From assembly GCA_028534125.1 (NCBI GenBank), contig CM052817.1, forward strand, positions 71,674,001-71,738,000: a stretch of DNA of 64,000 nt, given 5' to 3'. This document shows, piece by piece, positions 12,901-24,770 of this stretch. Under the pieces are notes generated by a model that was given only the letters and a program-made list of their open reading frames with translations, did not search any database and had not been told where the DNA came from. Each line of letters starts with the position of its first letter. Within the stretch, counting starts at the first letter, position 1. A program made the translations under genes and the position numbers. The DNA comes from Lama glama (taxonomy: Eukaryota).

Positions 12901-14049
12901 TATCTAAATCAATAGAGTTTTCTTTTGGCATTTACATATAGCCACTGAAAATTCACAACATTTGCCACACTATACTGCATAACGTACCTTCATACTTGTA
13001 CCCTATTCTGTATTATGATCTACTCAAGGACAGAGACATTCGTTTACTTTTTTCTCTAGTGCCAGATACAGTGCCTGGCACCCAGAATGTTCCCAGTAAG
13101 TGTTTCTGATTGACCAAATCAACTTAAATTTAAGTCCTAAGGTAGATAATTTAAACAACACTTATTAAACAGGTATATCCAATGCCTACCATGTGTAAAG
13201 CAACATCTGTTAAACTGGGAGTTTAAACATTTACTGAGATGTTCCCAGAATTTTTGAGTGTAAACAATGTCTTTCTATCTTACATCACTACTACTACTAT
13301 TACTACTACCTTAATATATTATGTCCATGTTATACAGAGCATAGTACAAGGTGATCTAGCAACAAATCGGCATAGAAAAGGTAGGATTTCCTTCTGCATA
13401 AGATTATCAGTCTAAGAAAAGAGTACAGAAAATATCTAGGCTATCTCTACACATTTTGAAACAATAACAATTAAATTAGTAAGTTGAGATAATATCCAAC
13501 AATGTGATAGTCATAGGAATGGTCTGTGTTTCTGTTACTTGCGGTATAGGATATTTTAATTCAACCAAGTATTCAAGTTGAAGTGCTTCAGAAATTGTAT
13601 TGCCCCTATTTCTGCATAAGACGTGAAAAAGGGCAGGGTAATAGGAATGATAAAATGGTAAAATCACCAAAAGTTATATATTACAATTGTGTATGCATCT
13701 AGGCATACACATACAAACTTTCAGTCTCCTTGGTGTTAATCATACATTTTCAGTTGTATTATATGATTCATGCAAAATTGAATATAACTATACATTTATA
13801 TTAATACATGATCAATAATTTAAGTAGCTTTCAAGATCACACATTTATACGGTTATTGAGTATTATTTTGTACCAAGTAGTGTGCTATCTTAATGTTAGA
13901 TGCTGTTACTAACAAGCCTAGAAGGTAAATATTCCATTGTATTAAAAACATGCAGAGCAAATGATTTGATTTGTTAAATGAAAATATGTCTATATGTATA
14001 CCTGTACACATTAATAAACAGAACATAATATTAGGACAATTTTAAAACC

Positions 14050-14950
14050 TTGTTTTAAAATAAAAAATGTGTTTTACTTTGTTATTGAAAAATGTCAAAG
14101 AACAATACAAAAACACCCATGTAACCTCACCAAGGTTCATTAAATAGTAGCATTTTTGCCACACCTGGTCTCCTTGCCCCTGCGCCTTCTCTCCTTCCCT
14201 TCTACACACATACAAATCTCCTTTTCTCAACCATCCAAAAATTAGGTAGTGTACATCAGAACACGTCACCTCTAAATACTTCAGCTCTCACGAATAGGTG
14301 GTTCCTCTACACAACTACAACACTGGCACCACACCTAAGAAAAATCGTCATCAGTTCAGTAACAACATTCAACGTACAGTCCATACTCAAATCTCCTCAG
14401 TTATCCTTTTTGCTAGATTATTTTTTCAGTCCAGGATCTAATCAGGGTTGATATATTTCACTTGGCTGTTATGCCTGTTTAGACTCCCTCAGTTTTGATC
14501 TGTACCAACGCTTCATCTGTTTATAATATTAAATCATTTGAAGAGTCCTGCAGAAAATTCCATAATCTGAGTTTGTCTATTCCCTTGTGTTTAGTTTCAA
14601 GTTGAACACTTCTGGCAAGTGTACGTTGTGAGTGATGCTATGTACCTCCCACTGCATAACGTCAGGAGGCAGGACTTCAGGCCATCCCACTCGTGGCAGT
14701 GCCAAGCTTCATTACTTGTGTTTTGTGGTGATCACTCCATTATAAAGGCATATTTCATCCCTTTGTAATCAGTAAGTTATCTTTGGGCTGATAACATAAA
14801 ACTGAAAGATTATCCTGCTCCCTAAGAATCTTTCACTTATTATTTAAGCATATTTCCTTGATGATCTGAATCAATTTTTACATTGTGGGGTGGGTTACAA
14901 AGTGGTGGTTTTTCTCATTCTATCAGTCCTTCTATATTTACTAGTGGGTA
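14050..14950 (-). mobile_element. Ancient L1 (L1MC/L1MD-like) 3' UTR relic
   Basis: cacctctaaatacttcagc...cagtccatactcaaatctcctcagttatcc...ccaggatctaatcagg pattern. Confidence 0.55.
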
Positions 14951-15172
14951 AAGCGTGCTTTAAATAAACACTGAATAAAATGATAAAATTGCATCAACTA
15001 AACAGTACTTTAAGTTTTCATCACCAGGCCTTAGTACTTCTGAAACTGATCCCAGCTGTTCAGTTTCTCCAAATTCAAAGATAGATGATGGCACCCAAAA
15101 GTGTCTGAGATACTTTAGGACTTCAGTTCATTTTCAACTGGGCACCACCCTGAGGCAAGTCAAGCACATTCA

Positions 15173-15688
15173 TGCGGGGAGCCACTCATGACCTGAGGAC
15201 TGCCGAGCACAGAACGGGACGGAAAATCCCAAAGTGCTGGCGTCAGGCTCTGAGATTGATCTAGCAAAGACAATCTGTGTCCCGCCACCCCTTTGAAGAA
15301 GAATGCAGCAGGTGTTCTAAAGCTCTAGGAACATCCAGAGCTATTAAGTCACTGATGACCTTAGAACAGAGAGATACAATCAGCATACAAGTTAGTGATC
15401 TCAGTTTACTTGAATAATTATCTTAGTTAGTGATCTTGATATGAGGGAACATTAACTTTAGTGTATGAGTACTATAAACAATGTTAATCTATAGAACAAT
15501 ATACGAGTTAATGAGCCCTAAAACAATACCTATGCCTATGTGCAGGAATGCACAAGGTAGCTAGTTGAAATTGTATAAATTAACTGCTGAAAATAAACTC
15601 GAGGTCCACTCTTGGCTTAGCGTCTTGCGGGCTAGAGTGAGACCCTCTCAACCCCACCTTTTAGTCTTGTCTTTCTTTTCTCAGTCCC
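15173..15688 (+). mobile_element. Young ERV2/betaretrovirus-like LTR, truncated by an assembly gap
   Basis: Starts TGCGGGGAGCC and retains many CpGs. TATAAA at 15574-15579 is closely followed by AATAAA at 15592-15597 (short R). A pyrimidine-rich U5-like tail runs into the Ns. Confidence 0.7.
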
Positions 15689-16188
15689 NNNNNNNNNNNN
15701 NNNNNNNNNNNNNNNNNNNNNNNNNNNNNNNNNNNNNNNNNNNNNNNNNNNNNNNNNNNNNNNNNNNNNNNNNNNNNNNNNNNNNNNNNNNNNNNNNNNN
15801 NNNNNNNNNNNNNNNNNNNNNNNNNNNNNNNNNNNNNNNNNNNNNNNNNNNNNNNNNNNNNNNNNNNNNNNNNNNNNNNNNNNNNNNNNNNNNNNNNNNN
15901 NNNNNNNNNNNNNNNNNNNNNNNNNNNNNNNNNNNNNNNNNNNNNNNNNNNNNNNNNNNNNNNNNNNNNNNNNNNNNNNNNNNNNNNNNNNNNNNNNNNN
16001 NNNNNNNNNNNNNNNNNNNNNNNNNNNNNNNNNNNNNNNNNNNNNNNNNNNNNNNNNNNNNNNNNNNNNNNNNNNNNNNNNNNNNNNNNNNNNNNNNNNN
16101 NNNNNNNNNNNNNNNNNNNNNNNNNNNNNNNNNNNNNNNNNNNNNNNNNNNNNNNNNNNNNNNNNNNNNNNNNNNNNNNNNNNNNNNN
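15689..16188. other. Assembly gap (500 N)
   Basis: Run of N. Confidence 1.
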
Positions 16189-16489
16189 AGGAAACATCAC
16201 AGATGTTCATTTCTGTTACAAAATGCCTTGCCCATTTTCTCCAAACCTCCTTTTCTTGAATATCCTTCCCATTTTTCTAATTATCAAAGCTATTATTTAT
16301 TAATTAATTATGTAAAGGTGAAACAGAAGCAAGGAAAGACTAAATAACTTGCCCCATCACATTCCTAGAAATCAAAGGGCCAGGATTTACCCTGATAGTC
16401 CAGGGTGCAGGCTGTTACCCTCTCACGATGGTGCCTTCGTCACTGCTTTAGAGCAGACCAAGTGTCAGGCCCCAGAAAAGAAGAACCAC

Positions 16490-16900
16490 CTAGATAGGAA
16501 GTATTATTCTCCTCATTTACACAGGAGGAAATCAGTCTTACAGAGGGATCAGATAACTTCAAGTAATAGGCAGTAACTAGCAAAACTAGGCTTTTGGACC
16601 CGGAAGACCTGACTTCATAGCCAGAACTCTTAACCACTAATCCACTGCCTCCTTAACTTGCTGCTTCCCCCATTAATGTTCAAGTGCACACTACTTCTTA
16701 CACAGTAGACTTTACAGAGGAAGGGAAATCAGCAGTTGTGCCAAAAATAATAACAGCTAATTATTTAACAAACACGTATTATGTGCCAGGAAGTGTTCTG
16801 AGTATTTTAAATGTGTTATTACATTTCATTCTCATATTCACCCCATAAAGTAGGTTTTGCTTTAAGCATGATACACACATTCTCATTTAATCCTCACGGT
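16490..16900 (-). mobile_element. MIR SINE fragments
   Basis: cctcatttacacaggaggaaatcagtcttacagag and tatgtgccaggaagtgttctgagtattttaaatgt. Confidence 0.65.
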
Positions 16901-17004
16901 CAATATCTTTATGAAAATCATTGAGATTTTATCTCTGGAGTATAACTGGTTCATGAAAATGTCCATAGAATGTGTAGCTTAATACAGAGCACCTCACAAA
17001 GACC

Positions 17005-18276
17005 TGCAGTAAAGCTCTGTACTTCAAAAACTGTAAGACATTGATGAAAGAAATTGAAGACAGCACAAACTGAGAAGATATGAGAAGATATACCATGTTT
17101 TTGGATTGGAAGAATCAATATTGTTAAAGTGACCATACTACCCAAGGCAATCTACAGATTCAATCCAATCCCTATCAAAATAACAGTGGCATTTGCCACA
17201 GAACAAGAACAAAATAATTTAAAAATCTGAATGGAAACATAAAAGACCCCAAATAGCCAAAACAATTTTGAGAAAGAACAACAGAGATGGGGGAATCATG
17301 CTCCCTGACTTCAGACTATACTACAAAGATAAAGTAATCAAAACAGCAAGATACTGGCACAAAACCAGACACACAGATCAATGGAACAGGATAGAAAGCC
17401 CAAAAATAAATCCACACACTTATGGTCAATTTATCTATGACAAAGGAGGCAGGAATATACAGTGGAGAAAAGACAGTCTCTTCAATAAGCGGTGCTGGGA
17501 AAACTGGACAGCTACATGTAAAAGACTGAGATTAGAACATTCTTTCATACTGTATACAAAATAGACTCAAAATGGATGAAAGACCCAAATGTAAGATGAG
17601 ATACTGTAAAACTCCTAGAGGAAAAGGTAGGCAGAACACTCTTGGACATAAATCTAAGCAATATTTTTTTTTTTGGATTTATCTCCTAAAATAAAGGAAA
17701 TAAAAGCAAAAATAAAAAATGGGACCTAATTAAACTTAAACACTTTTGCACAGCAAAGGAAACCATCAACAAAACAAAGAGACAACCTACTGAATGGGAG
17801 AAATTATTTGCAAATCAAATGACCGATAAGGGATTAATATCCAACATATATAAACAGCTCATATAACTCAACATCAAAAAAGAAAAAACAACCCAATAAA
17901 AAATGGGCAGAATGGAACAGAAATTTTTCCAAAGAAGAAATGCAGATGGCCAACAGGCATATGAAAAGATGCTCAACATCACTAATCATCAGGGAAATGC
18001 AAATCAATACCAAAATGAGATTTCACATCACACCCTTTGGAATCGCTGTGATCAAAAAGTTTACAAATAACAAATGTTGGCAAGGATGTGAAGAAAATGG
18101 AACCCTTGTACATTGTTGGTGGGAATGTAAATTGGTGCAGCTACTGTGGAAAACATTGTAAAAGCTTCTCAAAAACTAAAACTACCATATGACTCAGCAA
18201 TTCCAATCCTGGATATATACCTGAAAAAAATAAAAATACTAATTCAAAAAGATACATGCACCCTATTGTTCATTGC
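17005..18276 (+). mobile_element. L1 ORF2 C-terminal fragment, decayed, no 3' UTR or poly(A)
   Basis: Translations [13 protein letters not shown]...WNRIESP...[18 protein letters not shown] and [16 protein letters not shown]...[10 protein letters not shown] are L1 ORF2p. Confidence 0.95.
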
Positions 18277-18329
18277 TTCTTTTAAAAAATAATTTATTTC
18301 TTTTTATTTATATTCTCTACTTGGAAAGT

Positions 18330-19530
18330 CCTTGACATAATCATACTTTACATTGGTTCTTTGAATATATTTACGATAGTTGCTTTGCTCTGAAGTTTTT
18401 ATCTTCCAAGTCCAGCATCTGGTCCTCCTCAAGACAGTTTCTGTTGGCTTATTTTTTTTTTTTTCTCCTTGTGAATGGGTCACAGCTTTCCTAGATTTAT
18501 TTTTGTGTATGCGTGTGTCTAATTTTGTTGAAAATTGGTTTCATTAGAGAATATATTGTAGTAACTTTCAGTTCTGATTATTTTCCCTCTGAGAAGTATT
18601 GCTGCTGTTTATTTATTAGTTTAGTGACTTCCCTAGACTAAGTCTTTGAAGTCTGTTTCATCTGCAGTGTGTGGCCATTGATGTCTCAGCTTAGTTTTTT
18701 TTTTTTTAATTCTTTTTACTTTTAAATATAGCTTCCTAGGATTTCCTTTGAATTTGCATAATTCAGTAGGCAGCTAATGACTAATCAGAGATTTTGCTTA
18801 GAGTCAGTAAGGTTTCTACCCATTGCCATTGGCTCTATGTGTGGCTTGAGGAATACTTTGAAGCTTCAGACAATTTAGAAATTTGCTCCTTATTTTACTT
18901 TTTGCATGCACAAGGGTCTCCTGATCCCATGTTCAGCCAATGGCAATTAGCTAGAAGGCTTTCCAGTCTCTTCTGTGTGTATGGGTGCCCTTGTGCATGC
19001 ATACAAGCTTCCTGAGCCCTAGGGTATGTGGGAGCTTATCAAGACCTACTGTGGCTATCTCATTTCCCAGATCTCCTTGTTAACTTTCTGGTTGATCTGC
19101 TAATCTATTACTTGTTCAATTGTAACAGATTACCGGTGTAATCTTAGTCTAACTGCAATGTTGGTTTCCCTGGATATTTGCTAGAGATCATTATTATTTT
19201 AATCAGTACCTCTGGGCATATGGGATTTTTTTGCATTGTGTTCCAAATCAGTCAGCCCATTCAGGCCCTGAGGCTACCTGTCCCCATCGGCTGCCCTACC
19301 TGGTAGAACTCTGTGCTTTGGAGCTGATGTGGTGTGGAATGCAGAATGGGAGCTGCCCCAGCCTGGAACTCCAGATTCCCATTGTTCTTACAGCGGTTCA
19401 GTAGTTTTTTCTTAAATCAGCACTTCTTAAACTGCTGTGTGTCTTTGATCAATTTCCAGAGTCTTGAAATCTTTTCCGAAAATTTTTATCCAGTTTTATC
19501 ATTACTTTTTGGCATGAGGATGTGCTACGC
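18330..19530 (-). mobile_element. Ancient L1 5' region relic
   Basis: T-rich decayed text ending ttgatcaatttccagagtcttgaaat...ttttatccagttttatcatt, typical of old L1 5' ends. Confidence 0.55.
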
Positions 19531-20379
19531 TTCCCTCTGGAGAAGAGAGAACCTTCCTTCTGGAAATTCTGCCTTCTACAAGGCGTTTTAAGACTTAGAC
19601 CTGAAAGCTACACAGTATCACTTCTGCCTCAGTCTACTTTTCCCCCTCTCATTCTATTGATCAAAGCAAGTCACAAGTTAGCCATATTACAAGGATAGAG
19701 AAATAGGCTTTACCTCTTGATGGGAAGAATAATAAAATATTACAATGCTAAGTGGCAAGCATACAGGGATAGGAGAATTATTGTAAATGTCATGCCAGCG
19801 ATCTAGTACAGTAATAATAGATGTAGATAGAGATGAAAGAGAGAGATCTGTCTATGGGTACAGATATGGATCTAGACATAGATTACACTTGGATACTTAT
19901 AGCTTCCTTATCCTCATCTAAATACTTGGTGAGAAGTGAAAGACATATTAAAGAGAGACAGAAGTAAAAGGAGTTATTGAAAACAAAGCCTCTGTTTTAG
20001 ATCTAGTTTACAATCAAAGTCTTTGCAGTGAACAAATTAAATTTAAGTAAGACAGCTTGAGGGGGAAAAAAAGTGTGCTTATGAAGGGATATGATCACTA
20101 AAATGTTATATTCTGATTCACTAGCACAGTTGGTTATAGTACAGCCCTAATGAGACAAAATTGTGAAATTGTGCTGTGCAGAGAGAACACTCTAATTCAC
20201 CCTCCCTCATAAAACCTGATGAGGCAGGACTATACTACTAATGAGGAAACTGAGAGATCAAGTTGCTGACATAGCTGACTAGCAGCACAGGTTGGATTTA
20301 AACCCAGGCAATCTGTGTCTACAGTATGTGCTGCATCCCAGACAGCATTTTCTATACTAACCACTTTTAGGTTCCTCCA

Positions 20380-21090
20380 GGACCTTTCAAAGTCCTCTAG
20401 TTGTACCTAGGGATTTTCAGGTGTGTGTCCCATGCACATTTTTTAGTTGCTGTGTCATATCTACCATCTTCTCTAACATCCCTGCTCCACTCTGGTTCCC
20501 CACAGTTATGACCCCAAATCAGCCAGTCCTCATGAAAGCACTGGTTGTTGATGGTGTTGCTGCTCCACTGCTGGCCCCATCCTGTGAATGGTTCTCTGAG
20601 CCATGTGGCAGCTGCCAGCTTGGATGTAGTCACTGACACCCAGCAGAGGTAGTGCTGCCGGTACTGGCAAAATCTCTGTTTCTGGCAGATGTCATATGCT
20701 GCCACCAGGATTGTTGGACTGAGCCAGGCCTCTGTCTCTCTCCCACTCCAGAGCCTCAGCCAAAAGTCAAGGTGGGCAAGCTGAGCCAAGTGGCAGGCAC
20801 TGCTGTCTTCAGAAGTTCTCCTCCTCCTGACACTGAGTACTGGTCTACATCACACTTGAGGGCCCATTCTTTTGGGATAAAATTTTCTTCTGGTTGGTAA
20901 TTCAATCTGTATGTAAATAGACTCTTGGTGGGTCTGCACCACCGGTCCTCAAATCTCTTGACTCACTGAGATAAGTTCAAGAAGCTCTGTTAAGTTCTGT
21001 TAAAGTTAAGCTGAGCTTCCCACAATAATGGCATCTTCAGAACCCAGTGTTGGCACACTGTGTTGGCACGATGTATTGGCATCAAATTCC
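20380..21090 (-). mobile_element. Tentative ERVL/MaLR-class gag relic
   Basis: Across a frameshift the minus strand reads ELLKTA...SLPT / WLRLWSGRETEAWLSP...QWSS. This is reminiscent of ERVL gag ELL...WILRVWD...PW motifs; similarity judged by eye only. Confidence 0.3.
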
Positions 21091-22999
21091 CGTGTAACAA
21101 ACACTATTATTCATGTAATACAAATAGCAACAAATTTAAAAAGTATTTTCCAGGTGATTCTCATTCTGATAAATGGTATTTTCATATACAGGGAAAGAAG
21201 ACATTTCCTGAAAAATACTAGACTGACTTCTACCTTGATATTCTAAAAAATTTCTTTCTGTATTGAAATTTGGAATAGTCCCTTTTGAGGAACTACCTAT
21301 TTAGTACAATTTCCTGCTTCAGTGTGATTTTTAATATGTCATTTTCCCTGGAGATTAAGGCATAATCTCTTAGAATAGTTTATATTAATATTATAAAGTA
21401 AAGATGATTGACAAAATTACAGATTTTGTTTTCTTTTTCTGGTCATATTTCTATAAGTGAATAAGCTATTTTCTCAGAGCAAAGTTGTTTTTTTATTTTT
21501 CTTAATGTTATACACACTTTTCATGCAAAGAAAATTTTACTTAGTACATTAGGGTTGAATCTGAGTAGGCGGCCTGAAGGAAAGAATATACCTCATATTA
21601 TGATTTATTTTTTACCCATTGAATAATTTATCTAATAGGTTCTGGCCCAATTGAGGATTATAAGAAAACCATGCAGAATTGAATACTTATTTTCTCCTTA
21701 AACCTGAAATACTACATTGTCTGATTTTTTAAACATGATCTGTATATTAGAAAGACTAGCAACAGATAAAATATATAATTACCTGATAATTTTATTTCTT
21801 AATTAAAATATTTCTTAAAGTTACTTCTAATTTTGCAGTGTTTTATGATAATACAACTCATTTGGCATTGAAAGTATAGTAATTCAAGAATGCCCACTGA
21901 AGAGGTATTTCTTTTAAAAATGCAATTTACAAAAAAATCAAAACCCATTAATTCTCAAACATTAGTCTATTTTCTAAGTTATTGTGCTTTTAGTTCCCAT
22001 GTTTTTGGAAATATTCACATAGAAATTTACTCTTTGAGTACAAAAGAAACATTGAGATTGGTATTTTAAAAAAACAGATAAAAGGAAGGTACAGTTGACG
22101 GTTTTTGCTTTGGACTACAGGGCTATCTATGTATAGTTATACAAATCATAAGTAAGGAACATAGTACTTTTTATTATTTAGAAATAGTTGAAAACAATTT
22201 CTGCTGTAATTAAACAGAAGACACTCTGAATATCAAGAAACAGATTTACTTGAAAATAACAAACCACTGGAATTTTGGAGATTTACCTGCATGGGCATTT
22301 CTGTTCAAATTAGTACAAATTCTTCCTATGACTCCCTCTTAGTCTCATTTCTTTCCTGAACATTTTAGGGGAAAACATTTTTATAGATCTTATTTTTTAC
22401 ATGGCTTTACATGTAATAGTTACAACTATTTTTGTGTAACAGGCCCTAAATCATTACATTCAAGTGCAAGCATGTCTGAATAATACAATCTTTGCAAAAG
22501 ACATAAAGTTCCATCACATGAAATCTGAAAGTAAGTATTTTTATTCTACATCAAGTTAATTCTTGTACCAAGAGCATTTATTTTTACTACACCCCATATT
22601 TTTCCCACAGGAAATGTTTGACATTCTAATGTTTTTTTTTTTCAATGAACAGAGATGGCTAGATTTGAGACTTCCTAAGTAAACTGCATTTAATGAGTTT
22701 AATCAATGTGTAGAATAGTGCTTGGTATATAATAAATCCATATATGTACTAGCTATAACCATTCAGAATTGGTTATAGAATTGCATAAGAGTTACATACT
22801 CATCTCAAAAACTTTCTTCTTTGTCACTCACAACAAAGCAAAACAATACATGAAGGTTAGTGGAATCTGAAGGCAAATTGGGAAGAATTTCCAAAAATCT
22901 CTATTCTAGGACTATTTGTTCTTATTTATTTTGCTACTTTTTTTCTAGAAACATTTTAGCAGATAAAGAGCTAAAAAACACACTTCAACTTCTATGTAA

Positions 23000-23700
23000 T
23001 GGAGTGCTCAAGTTTCAGTTTGGAGCATAATAACAGTCCCTCAGGAGCAATCGGAAGTACAGCACTCATGCCCACATTAAAAGGAAGACCACATTGTCTT
23101 CATCAGGTTTTCCCTCCTGTGATACACCCCAGAATCTCCCAGAATGCTTACTTTTTATGAAATACCAGCCATGTTTGCCTTTGGCTTGCAGATAGAACCA
23201 GAACTGACTGTTCCCTGTCTGAGAATGATGAACTCCACAAAGGCTATGAGAAGCTGGGTGTCCAGAATATGCTATGTTGCTTCTGCCTGTTAAAGCAGCT
23301 GAAACCTGTAGAGTCCAAGGAAATTCTCCATTCCTCACACCCTGCACTGGATCATGTTATTGCTGCCCTCACGGTGATGATTACTGCAGTCACCAGAGTG
23401 GTTTTTCAGGCACAAGATAGGATAGTCATAACCAAAGCATACATGTTAGCATTAACATTGGCCTCCAATATGACAGTTCTTAATGTCACTCAGACCACTC
23501 TCTCTAAGTACAAAAGCTCCTTTCCCATCATCCCACCAAGCTGGGTGGCTAATTTGGGAGTGGTTCTAGTGTCTGCCAACCCACAGACCCAACATCACAG
23601 TTTCTCCTGACTATACACTCAGAGCAAAGATCAGCTGACCAATTCTGTCTCTTTCTACCCTTATGGAAGCTTTCTCCCCCCTGGAGCTTCCATGCCCTTC
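23000..23700 (-). mobile_element. Tentative ERVL/MaLR-class gag relic
   Basis: Minus-strand fragments GWQTLE, TLRTVILEANVNANMYALVMTILS and QFWFYLQAKG resemble successive ERVL-type gag motifs; similarity judged by eye only. Confidence 0.3.
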
Positions 23701-23724
23701 CTTGACCTAGTCAGAATACATGGA

Positions 23725-24770
23725 TCCATTAATTTTGGATAGTTTCTATTGTCAGACCTTCAAATTCATTAATCTTTTTCTTCCACAGTGTCTAAGCTAT
23801 TATTTATTCCATCTAGTGTATTTTTCAACTCAGACATTGTAGTTTTCATCTCTAGAAGTTCAATTTAGCTATTTTAAATTTTTTCTATGTCTACTTAATT
23901 TCTGAACATATAGAATACAGTGGTAATACTTGTTTTAGTGTTTTTATCTGCTAATTCTAATATGTGTGTCAGTTCTGGTTTTCATTGATTTTTTTCAGCT
24001 ATTTAGAGATTCTCATTTCCTGCTTCTTTGCATGTCTTGCAATCTTTGATTGAATGACAGACACTGTGAATTTTGTCCTGTTGAATGCTGGATATTTTGT
24101 ATTCCTATCAATATTCTTGAGCTTTGTTCTGGGATACAGTTAAGATAGTAGGAAACACTTTTATCCCTTTGGGTCTTGCTTGTAAGATTTATTAGGTGGG
24201 ACCACAGCCATGTTTAGTCTTGGGTAATAATTCACCACTGCTGAGGCTAAACTCTTCTGAACAATCTATCCTATGCCCTGGGCATGCTGAGGTTTTCCAA
24301 TCTGGCTGCTGGGAACAGGAACTATACCCAGCCCTGTGTGAGTGGTCATGATGTTCCCTCTAATATCTTTAGGGGATTTCCTTGCCTCTGATAGTTTCCT
24401 CACAGGCATACACTGATGAGCACACTGCTGCATAGTCAGGGGAACACTGTATGTCTCTGGATTTCTCCCTCCTCCTTAGTTTGTCTCCTTGGATTCTCAG
24501 CTCCATCAGTTCAACTCAAGGAGTCCAGTGTTCCTCCTCTTTGCACCACAGCCTGGAAACTCTTTTAAAGCAGTAATCTGGAGCAAAAGTAGGGCTCCTC
24601 TAATTTGTTTCCTGTCTTTCAAGGATGACTGTTTTATGCTGTCTGATGTCTGGTTACCTGAAAACCATATATTTCATATATATATTTTTCAATATTTTTT
24701 GTAGTTTCAGATGGAAGGATAAATCTGACCCCTGTTAGGCAATCCTTACTATAACTGAAAGTCCACCCAA
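23725..24770 (-). mobile_element. Ancient L1 5' UTR/ORF1 relic
   Basis: tggatagtttctattgtcagaccttcaaattcattaatctttttcttccacagtgtctaagct...ccatctagtgtatttttc is antisense old L1 ORF1. Confidence 0.7.

Noticed and set aside
15565..16347. Long ORFs of 260, 192 and 179 aa
   Set aside because: Artefacts of translating through the 500-N gap.
20397..20789. Reading of this ORF as a hAT/ZBED dimerisation-domain pseudogene (LDFW...YLC...TTS)
   Set aside because: Motif spacing fits poorly; the gag-like reading seemed somewhat better, though also tentative.
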